Assembly: GCA_025594325.1 (NCBI GenBank)
Contig: JANHCV010000001.1
Coordinates: 62,001 to 126,000, forward strand
Reading direction: 5' to 3'
Source: Blastocladiella emersonii ATCC 22665
Taxonomy: Eukaryota > Fungi > Blastocladiomycota
DNA length: 64,000 nucleotides
Below the pieces are notes generated by a model that saw only the letters and a program-made list of their open reading frames with translations, was not told the origin of the DNA and did no database searches. Positions 32,360 through 44,714 of this stretch are shown here, in pieces. Every line of letters begins with the position of its first letter. Positions within the stretch are counted from its first letter, which is position 1. The position numbers and the translations under genes were made by a program.

Positions 32360-35137
32360 AACTCGCGCATTATCACGCTGCTTGAGACCGCGTCCAAGGT
32401 GCTCATGAAGATCCTGCTTGAGCGCATGCACCCGGTCCTGCGCAAGCACGACGTCCTGCAGGGCGCGCGGTACTCGGCGATCCGGGGCACCGACACGACG
32501 ACGCCGATCGCGATCCTGCACGCCGCCGCGCTCAAGGCGCGCATCGAGGACGGCCCGCTGTGGGCCTACTTTGAGGACAAGTCCAAGGCGTTCGACTCAG
32601 TGCCGCAGCCCTGCTCAAGCGCGCCATGCGGCGCATCCGGCTGCCGCCCGAGTTCGTCGACTTCTACTTTGACGGCATGCTGCACGGGCGCACGGCGCGC
32701 GTGCTCACGGCGTACGGCCTGTCGGACGAGGTCCGCATCGAGCGCGGGTTCCCGCAGGGCGCCGTCGAGTCGCCGCTGCTGTGGAACCTCTTCTACGACG
32801 TGTGCCTGTGCGAGGTCAACCGGCTCACGGTCGAGACGGGCGACGCCGACCACGACGAGGACGCGCGCGGGTTCGGCATCACGCTCGAGGCCGGGTCGGG
32901 GCTGCGCCACGTCGGGCCCAACCGCGGGTTTGCGGCGCCGCCGTTCACGTTTCGCGCGTCGCACCGCCAGCTCGACACGCTCCGCGTCGCCGCCGTCGCC
33001 TACATGGACGACGCCGTCTTCTATGCATCCGACCGAGACCACCTGCAACGCATCGTAGAAATTGTGGACGACTTCAACCGGCTCACGCGCATCAACGCGA
33101 ACCCGGCCAAGGGTGCGGTCCTCCGCATGCTCTCCAAGTGGGACGGCGGCGCGCTCACGGGCGGGCCCAACGACCCGCAGAACGCGCCCCTCGTCGTGCG
33201 CGGCGTCGCCGTCCCCTGGGTCGGCAAGTCGTTCCGCTACCTGGGCGTGTTCATTGACCACGCCATGCTCGGCCGCGAAGCAGCCAACACGTGCCTCGCC
33301 GAGGCGCGCAAGGGCCTCGCCCTGCTCAAGGACCGCCGCATCACGGGCAAGGCCGCCGTGTACCTGCTCAACGCCGTCTTCTTCCCCGCCGCGGCGTACC
33401 GCTCGCTGTTCCGCGTGCCGTCGCTCGCGCAGCTCGACCGCATCGACCAGTCGGCGCGCGCGCTCGTGCGCCGCAAGTACAAGCTGCCCAACACGTTCCC
33501 CACGGCCATGCTGCACGACCGCGACATCATCGGCCTGCACTCGCTCGCCGACCTGATCACGCAGCAGCACGTCACCGACCTGTGCGTCATGCTCAACGAC
33601 CCGCGCCCGCACGGCGTGCCCGCGCGCTACGAGCTCGGCATCCTCCAGTTCCAGACGCAGTGCGCGTTCTCGCCGCTCGAGCGGCCCGACCTCGCGCTCG
33701 TGCCCATGTCCAACCAGCTGCCGTGCGTGTGGTTCGACGACCTGCTGCTGCTCATGCAGCGGCGCAAGATGTCGATCGTGGACCGCCGCCGCGACTACAA
33801 CCTCATTGTCGCCGGCAACTGCACGCCCACGGTCCTCGTCGTGCCCGAGATGACGGTGCGCGGCAAGAAGAACCAGGACCGCGTCTGGACCAAGAACCTG
33901 ATCCGGTGGCTGCCCCTGTACACGCTCGAGACGCTGCTCGAGTACCCGCCCGACAACGACGACGGCCTGGTCGGACGCAAGTACACGCTGCCGATGCTCC
34001 GCCGCATGGCGACCAGGGACGTGCAGCAGCTCGTCAAGGAGTTCCGCGTCCCGCTCACGGACAACGGCAACGCGCGCATGAACGCCGACGACCGCGACGT
34101 CGCCCGGATCCTGATCGACGTGGCGAACCGCAACCACGCCCGGATCACGGAAATCAGCCACGGGCAGGAAATGTACCCGCCCGCGCTGCCCATGGACGAC
34201 GACCCGCCCGCGCCTGCCGGCGCGCCGCCGCTCGTCTTCCGCCACACCCGCCCCCGCCCCGCCGCCGCGCTCGCCGATCCTGTCCGCGCCGTCGGGTTCC
34301 AGATCATGCCCACCCCGGGCAACGTCGTCGTCGCGTACACGGACGGCTCGTACTACGCGGACCGCCCGGGCCCCGAGGGAGTCGCGCGCGCGGGCTCCGC
34401 CGCCGTGTTCCCGCTGCCCGACGGCTACGACAGGGCCACGCGCCACGACGCTGACTGCCGCGCGGCTGCCAACGGCGTCACGGACGACGACGTGGGCCAC
34501 ATCGCCGCCGCCAAGCTGCCGCCCGGCCCGTTCTCGTCGACGCGCGCCGAGATCCACGCGTTCGTCCTCGCCGTGTCGCAGGTCGCCGCCGGGACCGCGC
34601 TGCACATCTACTCGGACTCGCAGGCCGCCATCGAGGCCGCGCGCACGCAGCTCTCGCCGACGGCGATGGTGCGCCAGCGCGTCCGGTGTGCGTCGAGCGA
34701 CCTGTGGTCCGCGCTCCGCCTCGCGCTGCGCGACCGCAACGTCACGGTCACCTTCTCGTGGGTCCGCGGCCACGTCGACGACCCGACCACGCCCAACAAC
34801 ATCGCCGACCGCGCTCAACAACAATGCTGACCGCGGCGCCAAGGCCGCGGCGAACCAGCCGTCCGCCACCAACGCGTACTTTTCGAAGCGCACGCGCATC
34901 GAGGGCCTCTACCACGTCCCCACCTTCTTCGACCACGAGATTGGCGACGGCCCGCGCAAGTTCATGCGCGACCTCGCGCCGGCCAAGTGCCGCGGCGCAC
35001 TTCAAGCTCGCGCAGCCGCCGCCGCCCAATCGAGCTCCTCGGCCTGGAAGGTCGCCGCGCTCGCTCTGCAAGGCAAGTCGCGTCTGCGAGCATTCTCCCG
35101 TGCAGCGACCTGTTGTACGCGACTGCTGTCTCGCTGA
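32360..35137 (+). mobile_element. 5'-truncated non-LTR retrotransposon, RT plus RNase H, frameshifted
   Basis: IITLLETASK, FEDKSKAFDSV, RGFPQGAVESPLLW, AYMDD, FRYLGV. RNase H: YTDGS, STRAEIHA, YSDSQAA, WVRGH. Frameshifts near 32605 and 34815; no endonuclease or ORF1 seen. Confidence 0.88.
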
Positions 35138-35259
35138 TCAAGTCGCTGGCTCATACATTGCTGGCAGCGTCACGATTCCCACGTCTCTCTCTACCTTGCA
35201 GCCCTTTGAGTAACGCACAGATTCATCGAGAATAATGCGAACGGGAAGTCTCAGTGTCG

Positions 35260-38133
35260 CTACATCGCCCAACTGTGGTCCTCGCGCACCCACACCTTGG
35301 CAGGTCGCACGGCGCGCCAGCCCCAACCCGCGCCCTGAGCGTCTGGCACCGCCTCAACCAGCGCGGGGAAGTATGTGAACTGTACGGTTGTGAAAGGGCG
35401 AGCTGATGCGTTCTGATTCGCGCTGTCGTCCATCCAAGCGGAGCACAAGGCCGCGCCTGCTGGCACAACAACCAGTCCGCAGCCTGGTCGCGTCGCCTTG
35501 ATCCGCGCCCAGTGCACGGCCGCAGCGCACAAGACCTCGGCGAGACCAAGCGGAGACGTGAGCGAATTTGCGGGCGAGACCAAATCTGAAACCACTGCAG
35601 CGGTTGTCGTGGCCGACGCGCTGCCACTTGGTGCCGCGTTTGCAGCGGCTGACAGCACATTGAGCTTGAGCGCTACCGAGTGCTCGTACTCGCGGGCGAG
35701 GCGGCGGACCGCTCCTGCAAAAGCAGGCGCGAAACGGAGCGCGGCAGTCGATCGGGTCCCCGCTGCCTGCCCCGCTGCGTGCCAAATCGCCATGCCGTGA
35801 TCCCGCCAAGATGTGTGCTCAGCCCCCGCAGGTGCAGCGAGCGAGGTGGAGCTCAGGACGCTGCAAAGGGAGCGCGCCGAGCCGCTGTGCATGTTGCCGC
35901 GAGGCTCACCAAGTTCAAGAAGCGGCCGCGCAGCGTCAGCGACCTCGTCCATGGCGGAAAACACGCGCGGGAGGTCAGCGGCAGCGGACGTGGGCTCAGT
36001 GCGAAGGCCATGGTCCTCGCGCGCGACCTCAGCGACGGCGCTGGTGCACTGGACGGCGGCCAGAAACTTGATGAGCTCAATGGCAACAAAGTGGAGGACG
36101 GCAGCAGTTCGGGCTGCACGCGAAGTTGGCGAGGCAAAAGTTGAGGTGCGAGTGGACGGCGAATCAGTGGAGACGAGGAGCGACCATGCCATCTCAGCTG
36201 CCGTGTCAGCAGCGGTCCCGCCCGTGGTCATGAACCGCGCGACACGCGCCTGGACCGAGTCAAGGATGGCGTCCCACGCGAAGGTGACAGCCGCCCACTC
36301 TTCATCAAGTGCAGAGCCGGAATCAAGCGCGCAGTCTTGGATGCTGTTGCAAGACACAGCGGCGCCGCTGGCAAAGATCGAGGCGCGTGCGGCCAAGCGG
36401 GACGCGGGCGAAGCGGTGCTGCCAGGAACGCGCGGAAGACCAAAGACCATGTCAAAAGCATCGGCGGCACCCACGTCAATGAGCCCGTTGAGCCATGGGC
36501 GCAGCGGCGTGCGCGGAAGCAGCTGTGATGTGCGGGCAGTTGGCCGCGAGCTAAGTCCGTGCAGCACGCCCTCGCCTGGGCTTGAGCGAGCGGCGGCTGG
36601 AAGCGCGCCCTCGCTGACGTGTGATGGCAGCGGCGACGCGTAGCACATGGCGCGGGACCAGGCGTGCGACTTGGACGAAGCGGAGGTGAGAAGCGATTTT
36701 GCCGAGTCAGCAGGTCCGGTGCGCTCTGCCGCAGAGCGAGGCAGAACGCGCTCCGAGTTGCTCGAGTGTTCGCGGGCGCGAGGTGTAACAACGTGCACGT
36801 CGTCGTTGTCATCCAAGTCGCATGAGAGCAATGGCTGTGTCACAAAAGCAGGCAGCGTGGTGTCCGAAGTCGCGAAGTTGCAGGGATCGAGGGCGCGGTT
36901 GGAATCCGTATTGAGGTTGGTCGTGGAGGCATCAGCAGCCGCAGCGGCAGCATTATCAGCAAAGGTTTCACTGCAGAAATCGTCGCCGTCCTGAGTCGAA
37001 ATCGCGTCGCGGTCGCCCATGCCAACAAGCGTAGCGGCAGCGAGGTGCCAGCGACGATGCCTGGCACGGCGTACAAGGAACATGATGGCAAAGAGCGCAA
37101 TGCCAAGAGCGATCACAATGGTAGCGGCAATCCCAGCCCAGCCGCCCAACGAAAGCCCTGGGTTGGAAGGAGCCACTGGGCCGGCGCCCGGCACAGCACC
37201 GACGGGTGTAACCGAGGCCGCAGCAGCAGGTGATGCTGTTGAGCTAGGCGCGCGGAAAGCAGTTGACGATGAAGTGAGCGGAGCCGAGGAGGATGGAGAG
37301 CAAACGGGAGCGCTGCTTGCACACGGCGGAGCAGCGTCCGAAGGCCGGCAGACACCCGCGGGGAGGCCCACGCACGAGGTGAGCGAGAGGATGTTGGGAA
37401 TTGGTCCACTAAACGCGTTCCCTGCGACGGAGAGGGTACTGAGCGGCAGGCGTTCGATGGGAGCAAGCGAACCAGTAAAGCGATTGCCTGCAAGGTCGAG
37501 GGTGGTCAAAGCCGTGAGCTGCGTGAGCGAAGCAGGAAGAACGCCATCCAAGTTGTTGGAAGACAAGTCGCTACACGCACGCAAATGGCAAAGGCAAACG
37601 AGCCTTGCGCAGGTGAGACATGGATTGCAGAGCGGGCAGCGGGCAGCGGGCAGCGGGCAGCGGGCGTAAGGATACGGACAGGATGGTGAGACGCGACAGG
37701 ATCAAGATGGGAGCGGGGAAGGCGCCTGAGAGACCAGCCCGCGGCAGGCGGCTGAACATGATCGAGTTGGTTGTGGGTGAGGTCAGCATTTTGACGCAGG
37801 TCAGGCGAGCCAGCATCTCGACGGTGCTACGTACAGGACTTGAAGCTCAGACAACGAGGCAAGCTGGCCAACCTGATCGGAGCGGAAGGCGACACCAGCG
37901 GGGAGCAAGGCCGGGATCACCGAGCTAGATGGACGTGTTCGTCAGCGCGGGTGGCGATAGGACGGCCCACTGGGGCTCACGGTGACAGCGTACAGCGAGG
38001 TCAGGCGGCCGCTGACGTTGCAAGTCACCTCGATGCCAGCAAGGTGCTGGCCGTCGCAGCAGGCCCACGAGAGGGCGCCGGGCGTAAAGAGGGCCGAGGC
38101 AGCGACGCAGTCGGCCGAGTCGGATCCGGCCAT
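35260..38133 (-). CDS. LRR-transmembrane receptor-like protein (multi-exon), non-kinase cytoplasmic part
   Basis: Cys-containing LRR cap (CCDG..IEVTCNVSGRLTSL), plant-type LRRs (DLSSNNLDGVLPASLTQLTALTTLDLAGNRFTGS), TM WAGIAATIVIALGIALFAIMFLV followed by RRARHRR, long cytoplasmic tail. Confidence 0.8.
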
Positions 38134-38412
38134 GGCGGCGTAGCGGAAGGTGCTCAGGACAAGGGAGCGGCGAAAAGCAGATGGAGGCAAGCAGAGGAAA
38201 GAGCAATCCGGTAAATAGCGTGGGCGTCTTCGATTCCGTTGCAGAGAGTAAGAGTAATTTTAAATTAGTAGCAATACAGGGCGGGAGGAGAGAGAGGAGG
38301 TGGACGCCGGCGGCGTGTCCCATCCCCACGCCTCCTCCCTCCCGCCGCAAACGCACCCCTTCTCGCGCGCCGACGCAACGCTGCACACCGCCAAAACAAA
38401 AACACACCAACC

Positions 38413-39327
38413 ATGAACGCTGTCCCGATACCCGCACCGCCCGCACACATGGCTGTGCCGGCGGGTCCTGCCGCCGCGACGCTCGGGCACCGTGCCGCGT
38501 CGCCGCCCGTCTCCGCGTCCACCCCTCTCGTGCAGGGCTCCATGGGCGGTCCCGCGCCGCAACCCGCGCCCGGTGCGGTGCCTCTGCCCACGCCCATGCC
38601 CGACTTTGGCGGCATCGCCGGCATGGCTACCGCCGCTGCTGTTGCGTCGACCCTGGCCCCAGGCGCCGTCGCCTCGGCGTCCGCCATGTCCGTGGGCTCG
38701 CGCTTCTCAGGCCTGCTCCCCGCTACCTGGACTGCCGCTGGCCTGCGCGAGTATCGCGATGCCAAGTTCCAGAACTGGCGCCCGCTCGTCGACTTTCTCG
38801 ACGTGCGCCGCGTCCGCAAGCCGCCCAACTGGGATGTCGTCAAGGAGCGCGCCTCCAACAACCTCGCCTACTACCAGACCAACTACGCCGTCGTATTTAC
38901 CCTAATCTGCTTCTACGCGCTGTACGACTCCTCCCGCTGCCCGCCTTACAATGCCGCCGCTGACCACTCATTCGCCCGTCCCTGCACCCAGCCTCTCGTC
39001 GCCCTTCCTCCTCCTCTCGCTTGGCTTTCTTGCCGTGGCCTACAACGTCGTCAACGCCTCGCAGTCGTCCACCATCGTCATCATGGGGAACTCGTTCTCG
39101 ACGGCTCAAGCGGTACGCGCGCGCTCAGTCACAAAAACTTCCCCCCGATCGCCATTGACTTCAGCGAGTAGAACACGTACCTCGCCATCCTCGCTGTTCC
39201 GCTCCTTTGGCTTGGATCGGCCGGATCCACCGTCTTCTTCATCCTTGGTGCCTCCATGATGGTTATTGGTGGGCACGCTGCGCTGCTCGAACCGCCCGTT
39301 GAGCGTGCATTTGAAGAATCTGTTTAG
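38413..39327 (+). CDS. PRA1/Yip3 family prenylated Rab acceptor
   Basis: WRPLVDFLD..RKP....ERASNNLAYYQTNY motif; last exon ends LWLGSAGSTVFFILGAS..GHAALLEP; introns present. Confidence 0.9.
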
Positions 39328-39350
39328 GGCCACCGCATGCAATCCCGCCG

Positions 39351-41214
39351 TTATATCAATGGGTATACAACATCTCTCGATGCCTCCACGTCGCTTCCAC
39401 TGCGCATTAGCGGGACTGCTGCTGGCGCGGATGTGGGGGCCTCGCTTGCGGGAGCAGGCAGCGCTGCACCGCGCTGTCCCTGCCCTCCGCTGACCACACC
39501 CAGCAACGCTGAGCGGAACCGCGGGTCCAGCGCGAGCAGGATGAGTGGATCACAGAGCTCCGAGATGAATTTGCTCATCATGAACGCTACGCCAGACCAC
39601 CCTCATGTTAGCAATGAGTTTAGGAGAGTGCAGGAGGGGGAAGAGCAGGGCGTACCAGTGTCAGCAAACTGCGATGGTCGTGTGCGAGACGTGTAGATGT
39701 AAACTATTACGGAGACGAAAGGAACGAGCTACACATACATGCACAGGGTAAGACGGATGGCTCGCGAATCCCTCCCTTTCCTTGCGCACTGTCAGGCTGA
39801 TGCCAAGCAAGGTTAGAAGGCCGCGAACTGCAATTCGACGCTCAACGATGGTCAGCTTCCTCCTCCTTTCGCCCTCCTTGCGCCCCAGTGCTGCATGCAC
39901 GTCCGTTGCGGCCGTGCTCAACGGAGCGAGGAACCCAATCGACGAAGACTGCGTAGCTGGCGGTAGCTGCAGCGTTGGTGCTGTTGTTGAGGAGAGCTCA
40001 AGGTCGTTGTAGTCGACTGTGAAAGCGCCAAGCTCCGCGTCCGCGTCGTGGAGTTGCTCGCGCAACGCAAGATCACTCAAAGACTGGGAGCCTTGCTCGA
40101 GATGGGCTGGTGGCCGCGAGGGGCTCACAATTGACGGGCTCACTAGACGCACACAGAGTTAGATCAGACTCCAAGCGAGAAGCGCATTGCCAAAAGTAGA
40201 CGTACTCGGCCAGCTGCGCCCAAGCTGGATCGTAGACGCCGTGACCGTGGTCGCGGTCCCGCTCGACGGACCAACGTTCGTCTGATTTGATGATGGTGAC
40301 GACAGCTTGGCAACGGGGCGGACGCTGGACGGTGTCGACCCGCTCCGCGCGTGCGCACTCGATGAGAGCCGCTGCATGGATGCGTTGCGGTGCCGCGAAA
40401 GTACACGGTTGTGGAAAATGGATCGCGAAGTGCGGGCCACGTCAAAGACGAGGGCGTAAACGACTACATGCGTCGTCGTAGGCGATGAGTGCAAGCGAGC
40501 TGCACCTCTGACAGGGGTCAAACGTACTGAGCACGCTCAAGAACGGCGTCAGGAACAGGAGAATGTCGGCAAGTCCGAGCCACGTCGAGAAGGCGGCCGG
40601 GTACGTCAAAATCCTGGACAAAACGAGGTCGAGATGGTTAACGTCAGCGTGAAGCGTACGCTTTACGGGCAGGTTTCCACGTGCCCGCTAACACCAACGA
40701 CAGGCGGACCCGCAAGGTGATGAGACAAGATATTGCTTCCAGCCACGGCGCCACCAGCTGCCATGAGGCGCCACAACGTCTTGATGCTGAGCGGATGCAG
40801 CCGGACAACGGCGCAATATTGCTCGATGCCAATGATTACGATGAGGGCGACGCTCAACGTAATAAAGCATGTGGACAAGCTGGTCCACGCTACCGCGAGG
40901 GCCGGCGTCCACCCTCGGTTGGCAGCGAGCTGCGTGCGGACGACGACGATGGAGAATCCGTAAAGAAAGTTGCTTGTGCAAAGCATCGTGAAAACCTGGT
41001 TCGCGCCAGTCGCCAGCAGCCGCGCGCGCTTAACCAGGGCCGTGGCAATGACAAGACCATTGAGGAGCATGATAAGAGCGCCCTCGCCGATGAGATAGGC
41101 GTTGACGACGTAGTGAACGGAGCCCGGCTCAAGACGCGCCGTGTCCCACGCCGGTTCGCGGACCCAAGAATCAAAGTCCCCCGGGAACGAGAGAGGACCA
41201 GGTTGATAATTCAT
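39351..41214 (-). CDS. Rhodopsin-like (class A-type) 7TM receptor, multi-exon
   Basis: TM1 LNGLVI, TM3 end IGIEQYCAVV (DRY-like), long ICL3, ERRIAVRG at the TM6 start, TM7/helix 8 LCDPLILLALDPRFR. Confidence 0.7.
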
Positions 41215-41431
41215 TGCATTTACATTGCACAGAGTGGGAGGCCTTAAGGATCTGGACAACAAGGGAGGCGACGAGCCGTTCCTGGCGCCTGCCTCGCCCG
41301 CCCCGGTTTCCTCCCCAGCCAGCTCCCTCACCTCCCCGCCTACATCAGGTCCCTCTGCTTCACGCCCATTACTTGCAGACAGGAGCATGTGTGTATTATC
41401 ATCTGGTCGGAGGGGCTCGTAATCAGGCCGC

Positions 41432-42768
41432 CTACGCAAACATCTTCGCGTAGATGGCCTTCTCCTTCTTCTCGCGCAGCGCCACCTCGCGCTTGACGAG
41501 CGCCAGCTCCTTGGGGATGGCTGGGTCGCTCGGGCTCAGCGCGAGCGCCGCGGTGAGGTTCTCGGTCGCCGCGTCCCAGTCGCCGAGCGCCTTGCTCGCC
41601 ACACCCGCGCGGAAATGTGCCTTGGTGCGGTCCGCGTCCGTGAGCCCAGGCAGCGACAGGACGGCGAGGGCCGAATTACGGGCCGCGGCGTTCTCGCCGC
41701 GCTTGAGCTGGCACATGGCCGTGTTGAGCAGACACGGGATCTTGGCCGTGGCCGCGCGCACCGACGCGTCCTCGGCGCCGCCCGAGGGGTACTCGCCGCG
41801 CACGTTGAGGAACCGCACCGCCTTTCCGTACCGCGAGATCGCCAGCGCCAGATCGCCCGCCTTGAACGCCGCGTTGCCGGCCGCGCGCTGCGACTCGGCC
41901 GTGGCAATCGCCGCGTCTGCCGTCAGCTCGTCCTCGAAGTCCGCGGGGAAGTCGGGCGTGTTGTCCGTGCCCGTCGGGCCGCACCACTTGAACTGCTCGT
42001 CCTGCGCCGCGCTGGCCGCGACGTCCGCGATCTCGCCGCAGTCGGCGATCACCACCGCGTGCACCGGCTTGTCGCCGTCGCCCTTCTCGACCGCCTCCAT
42101 GGCGCGAACGGTGTTCATGCCCTGCACGACCTTGCCAAAGACCACGTGCTTGCCATCGAGGTGCGGCGTCTTGTTCGCGGTGACAATGAAGAACTGCGAC
42201 CCGTTGGTGTTTGGGCCGGCGTTGGCCATGGAGAGGACGAACTTGGCGTCGTGCTATACCAGTCGCGGACGTGGTCAGTTGTGGTCGCGGTCCTGGCACG
42301 AACGCATGGAGATCACGGACCTTGTACGGGAACGCCTCGTCGTTGAACTTGCCTGTCCGCCCAGCAATGTCAGTCAGGATGCGCCCTGGGGTTGCGACTC
42401 GCGCAGGCCGAACGCACCGCCGCCAATGTCCAGCTCGGGAATGCACTCGCCGCCCGTGCCGTCACCGCGCGTGAAGTCGCCGCCCTATACGTCTCGCGAG
42501 AGGTGAGCGCAGTCGGCGGGGTCGTGTCTGGGACGAGTCGCCACGCACACACCTGGCACATGAAGTCCTTGATGATGCGATGGAAGGTCGAGCCCTTGTA
42601 GTGAAGCGGCACACCCGAGCGTCCAATGCCCTTCTCGCCCGTACAGAGCGCAATGAAGTTGGAGGTCGTGAGCGGCAGCTCGGCAGAGTAGAGCTCGAAC
42701 ACGATCCGGCCCGCGGGCGTGCCGCCGATCGTCATGTCAAAATAGGTGCGCTTGTTGCCGGCAGTCAT
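41432..42768 (-). CDS. CPR6: Cyclophilin-40 (PPIase + TPR)
   Basis: [56 protein letters not shown], followed by three TPRs. The CPR6/CPR7 distinction is not resolved. Confidence 0.92.
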
Positions 42769-42980
42769 TGTAGGTTTTCTACGTTGCGAAATGGGTGTTG
42801 TTTTGTTGTTGGTGAGCAGGGAGCGCGGGCAGGAGGGGCGGGGGCCGCGGGCTTTTCAGAGCCTGCCGCGACCAGGGCCACTACCACCCCTTCCACGACG
42901 CTCGCGATGCCGCCTTCGCTCCAGTTCCATGCTCACGTGCACACGCGCCAGCCATCGAAGCAGGTCGAAAGCTGAACCGG

Positions 42981-44336
42981 TCAAATGTATTGAGGCTGCG
43001 CCTTCTCGATCTGCACCCACCAGTCGCCCGGCACGCGTCCCGCGCGGAGCCGCTCGAGAATGGCGGCGCGGACCGTCTCGGGGTCGGCGCGGGCGCGACG
43101 CTGCACGTGAAGCAGACCCGTGTAGCTGCCGAACCCACCCGTGCTCCAGTAGTGGACCTTGGTGATCTGCGCAACACCGTCAAGCGCAACCACCTCGGAG
43201 CACGCACGCTGGACCGCCAAGGCGACCGGCGCGGGCGTCACTTGCAGGAGCACCTGTCCGCACGCCACGGCAAGCGGCGTCGCGAGCCACATGAGCACGC
43301 AGCCGATGGCGCTCGCTGCAAGGGCGTCGGCAGCCGGACCGACGTGAACGAGCGTGCGCGCAGGCGAGCCAGCGTACATGCCTTGTACCCACATGGACGC
43401 GAGCAGGATCGCGAGCACCAGGCCGTGCGCCTGGATGAACGGGTTGTTGGCGAGGTCCGAGAAGGCGTGGGGCGTCACCACTACATGCGGTGCGGGGAAG
43501 CAGGGTGGATGGTACAGGGGCGGGGAAGGAGGGTGGATGGTACAGGGTGGGTGAGGTGGAGTGACAGGTGGGGAGCGACACAAACGGATTCAACGTACTG
43601 GCATGGTAAGGGCGGTGAATGTGGAGCTTGGCGATGGCGAGCACGCCGATGGCAGCGGCGGCAACAGGATAGATGGCCGAGAGCGGGCTACAGATGCGCT
43701 GTAAATGAGCTGCAGCTACCGCGTGGTAGACGAGAACCTGGCGCGAGCGCACCTCGATTCCGAGTCCTTGTGGTCCTCCTGCTCAAGCATGGTCTCGAGC
43801 GCCTCCTTAAGCGCGTACATGCCGGAGAACAGGAGCGCAAGAGCATTTGCGAACGCGTAAACGACCTCGAGGCGTTGAACACTGCACGGGAGAGGGGATT
43901 GTGAGATGCACGGGTTGCCTCGAGGGGTGGAAACAGGGCGGATCGTACCCAAACGAGAACTGATTCGGATCCTTGGCCTGGACCATGCCGCGCGAGATGC
44001 AGTGGGACACGACCACGTTTCCGATGGCGAGCAAGTCGAACAGGAACAGGAGGCAGTAGCATTGAAGCGCTGCATGGATATGGACAAGGTTGGGCGAGTG
44101 AGTGGGTGAGCAAGGGCAGATTTGAGCCGTTTAAACCTGGCCAGCGCCCAACGTACCCATGGACCCATGGGCATGCCCGGCAAGGAACAAGCCGGCGTTC
44201 AACGCCGAGCCGACCACGAGCCAGAGCATGCTTGAGCGCAGCTCGCTCAGACAGCTCCCAATGGCCGAGCCGACCGAGTACCGAAGCCCGTATTGCGGCG
44301 GCGGCCCATTATCGTGTCCGTGGTGATCGTGGCCAT
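42981..44336 (-). CDS. Cation diffusion facilitator, ZnT6/Zrg17-like zinc transporter
   Basis: LFDLL, FSFG..RLEVVYAFAN..LKEALE, NPF, GQVLLQVTP, HYW..GLLHVQ; multi-exon. Confidence 0.85.
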
Positions 44337-44714
44337 GACTGTGCGAGCACCCGGGGCCGTGAGAGTGCGAGGGGTCGTGCGAGTGCGAGTGATTCTACGG
44401 CCGTGTGACGAGTCATGTCAGGGATCTGTGCTGGAAGACCCATGGCGGTGAGATGCATCAGTTACATGGTGGCTGGTCATCATAGGACGACAAACGTTCA
44501 TGGTCGCGGCGCAGGAGAAGGGTGTGGGCGGCGTGGTGCGTGAACGTGTGCGAGCACGAACGCGAGAAGGCCCGTTTCAGCCACCTCGGATCGCATCAGC
44601 TGATATCAGAGGAGCCGACCACGTCGATCCTCGCTGCCGCTGCGCTGCTGTTGTGTCTCCGCTCCCTTCCCCGCTCGCCAGGCTAGATCGAGATCCAGAC
44701 GGTAGACACGAAAC

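Noticed and set aside
31737-32360. ORF upstream of the LINE RT as its ORF1 or endonuclease
   Set aside because: No APE or CCHC motifs; it appears to be unrelated sequence at the 5' truncation point.
32566-34899. 777-aa minus-strand ORF (and similar long antisense ORFs over RPB1, the kinase, Cyp40 and DIRS)
   Set aside because: Shadow frames produced by extreme GC3 bias on the coding strand; no motifs of their own.
39351-39600. Calling the 7TM protein an opsin
   Set aside because: The TM7 Lys is one position off and no counter-ion or conserved TM3 Cys is seen.
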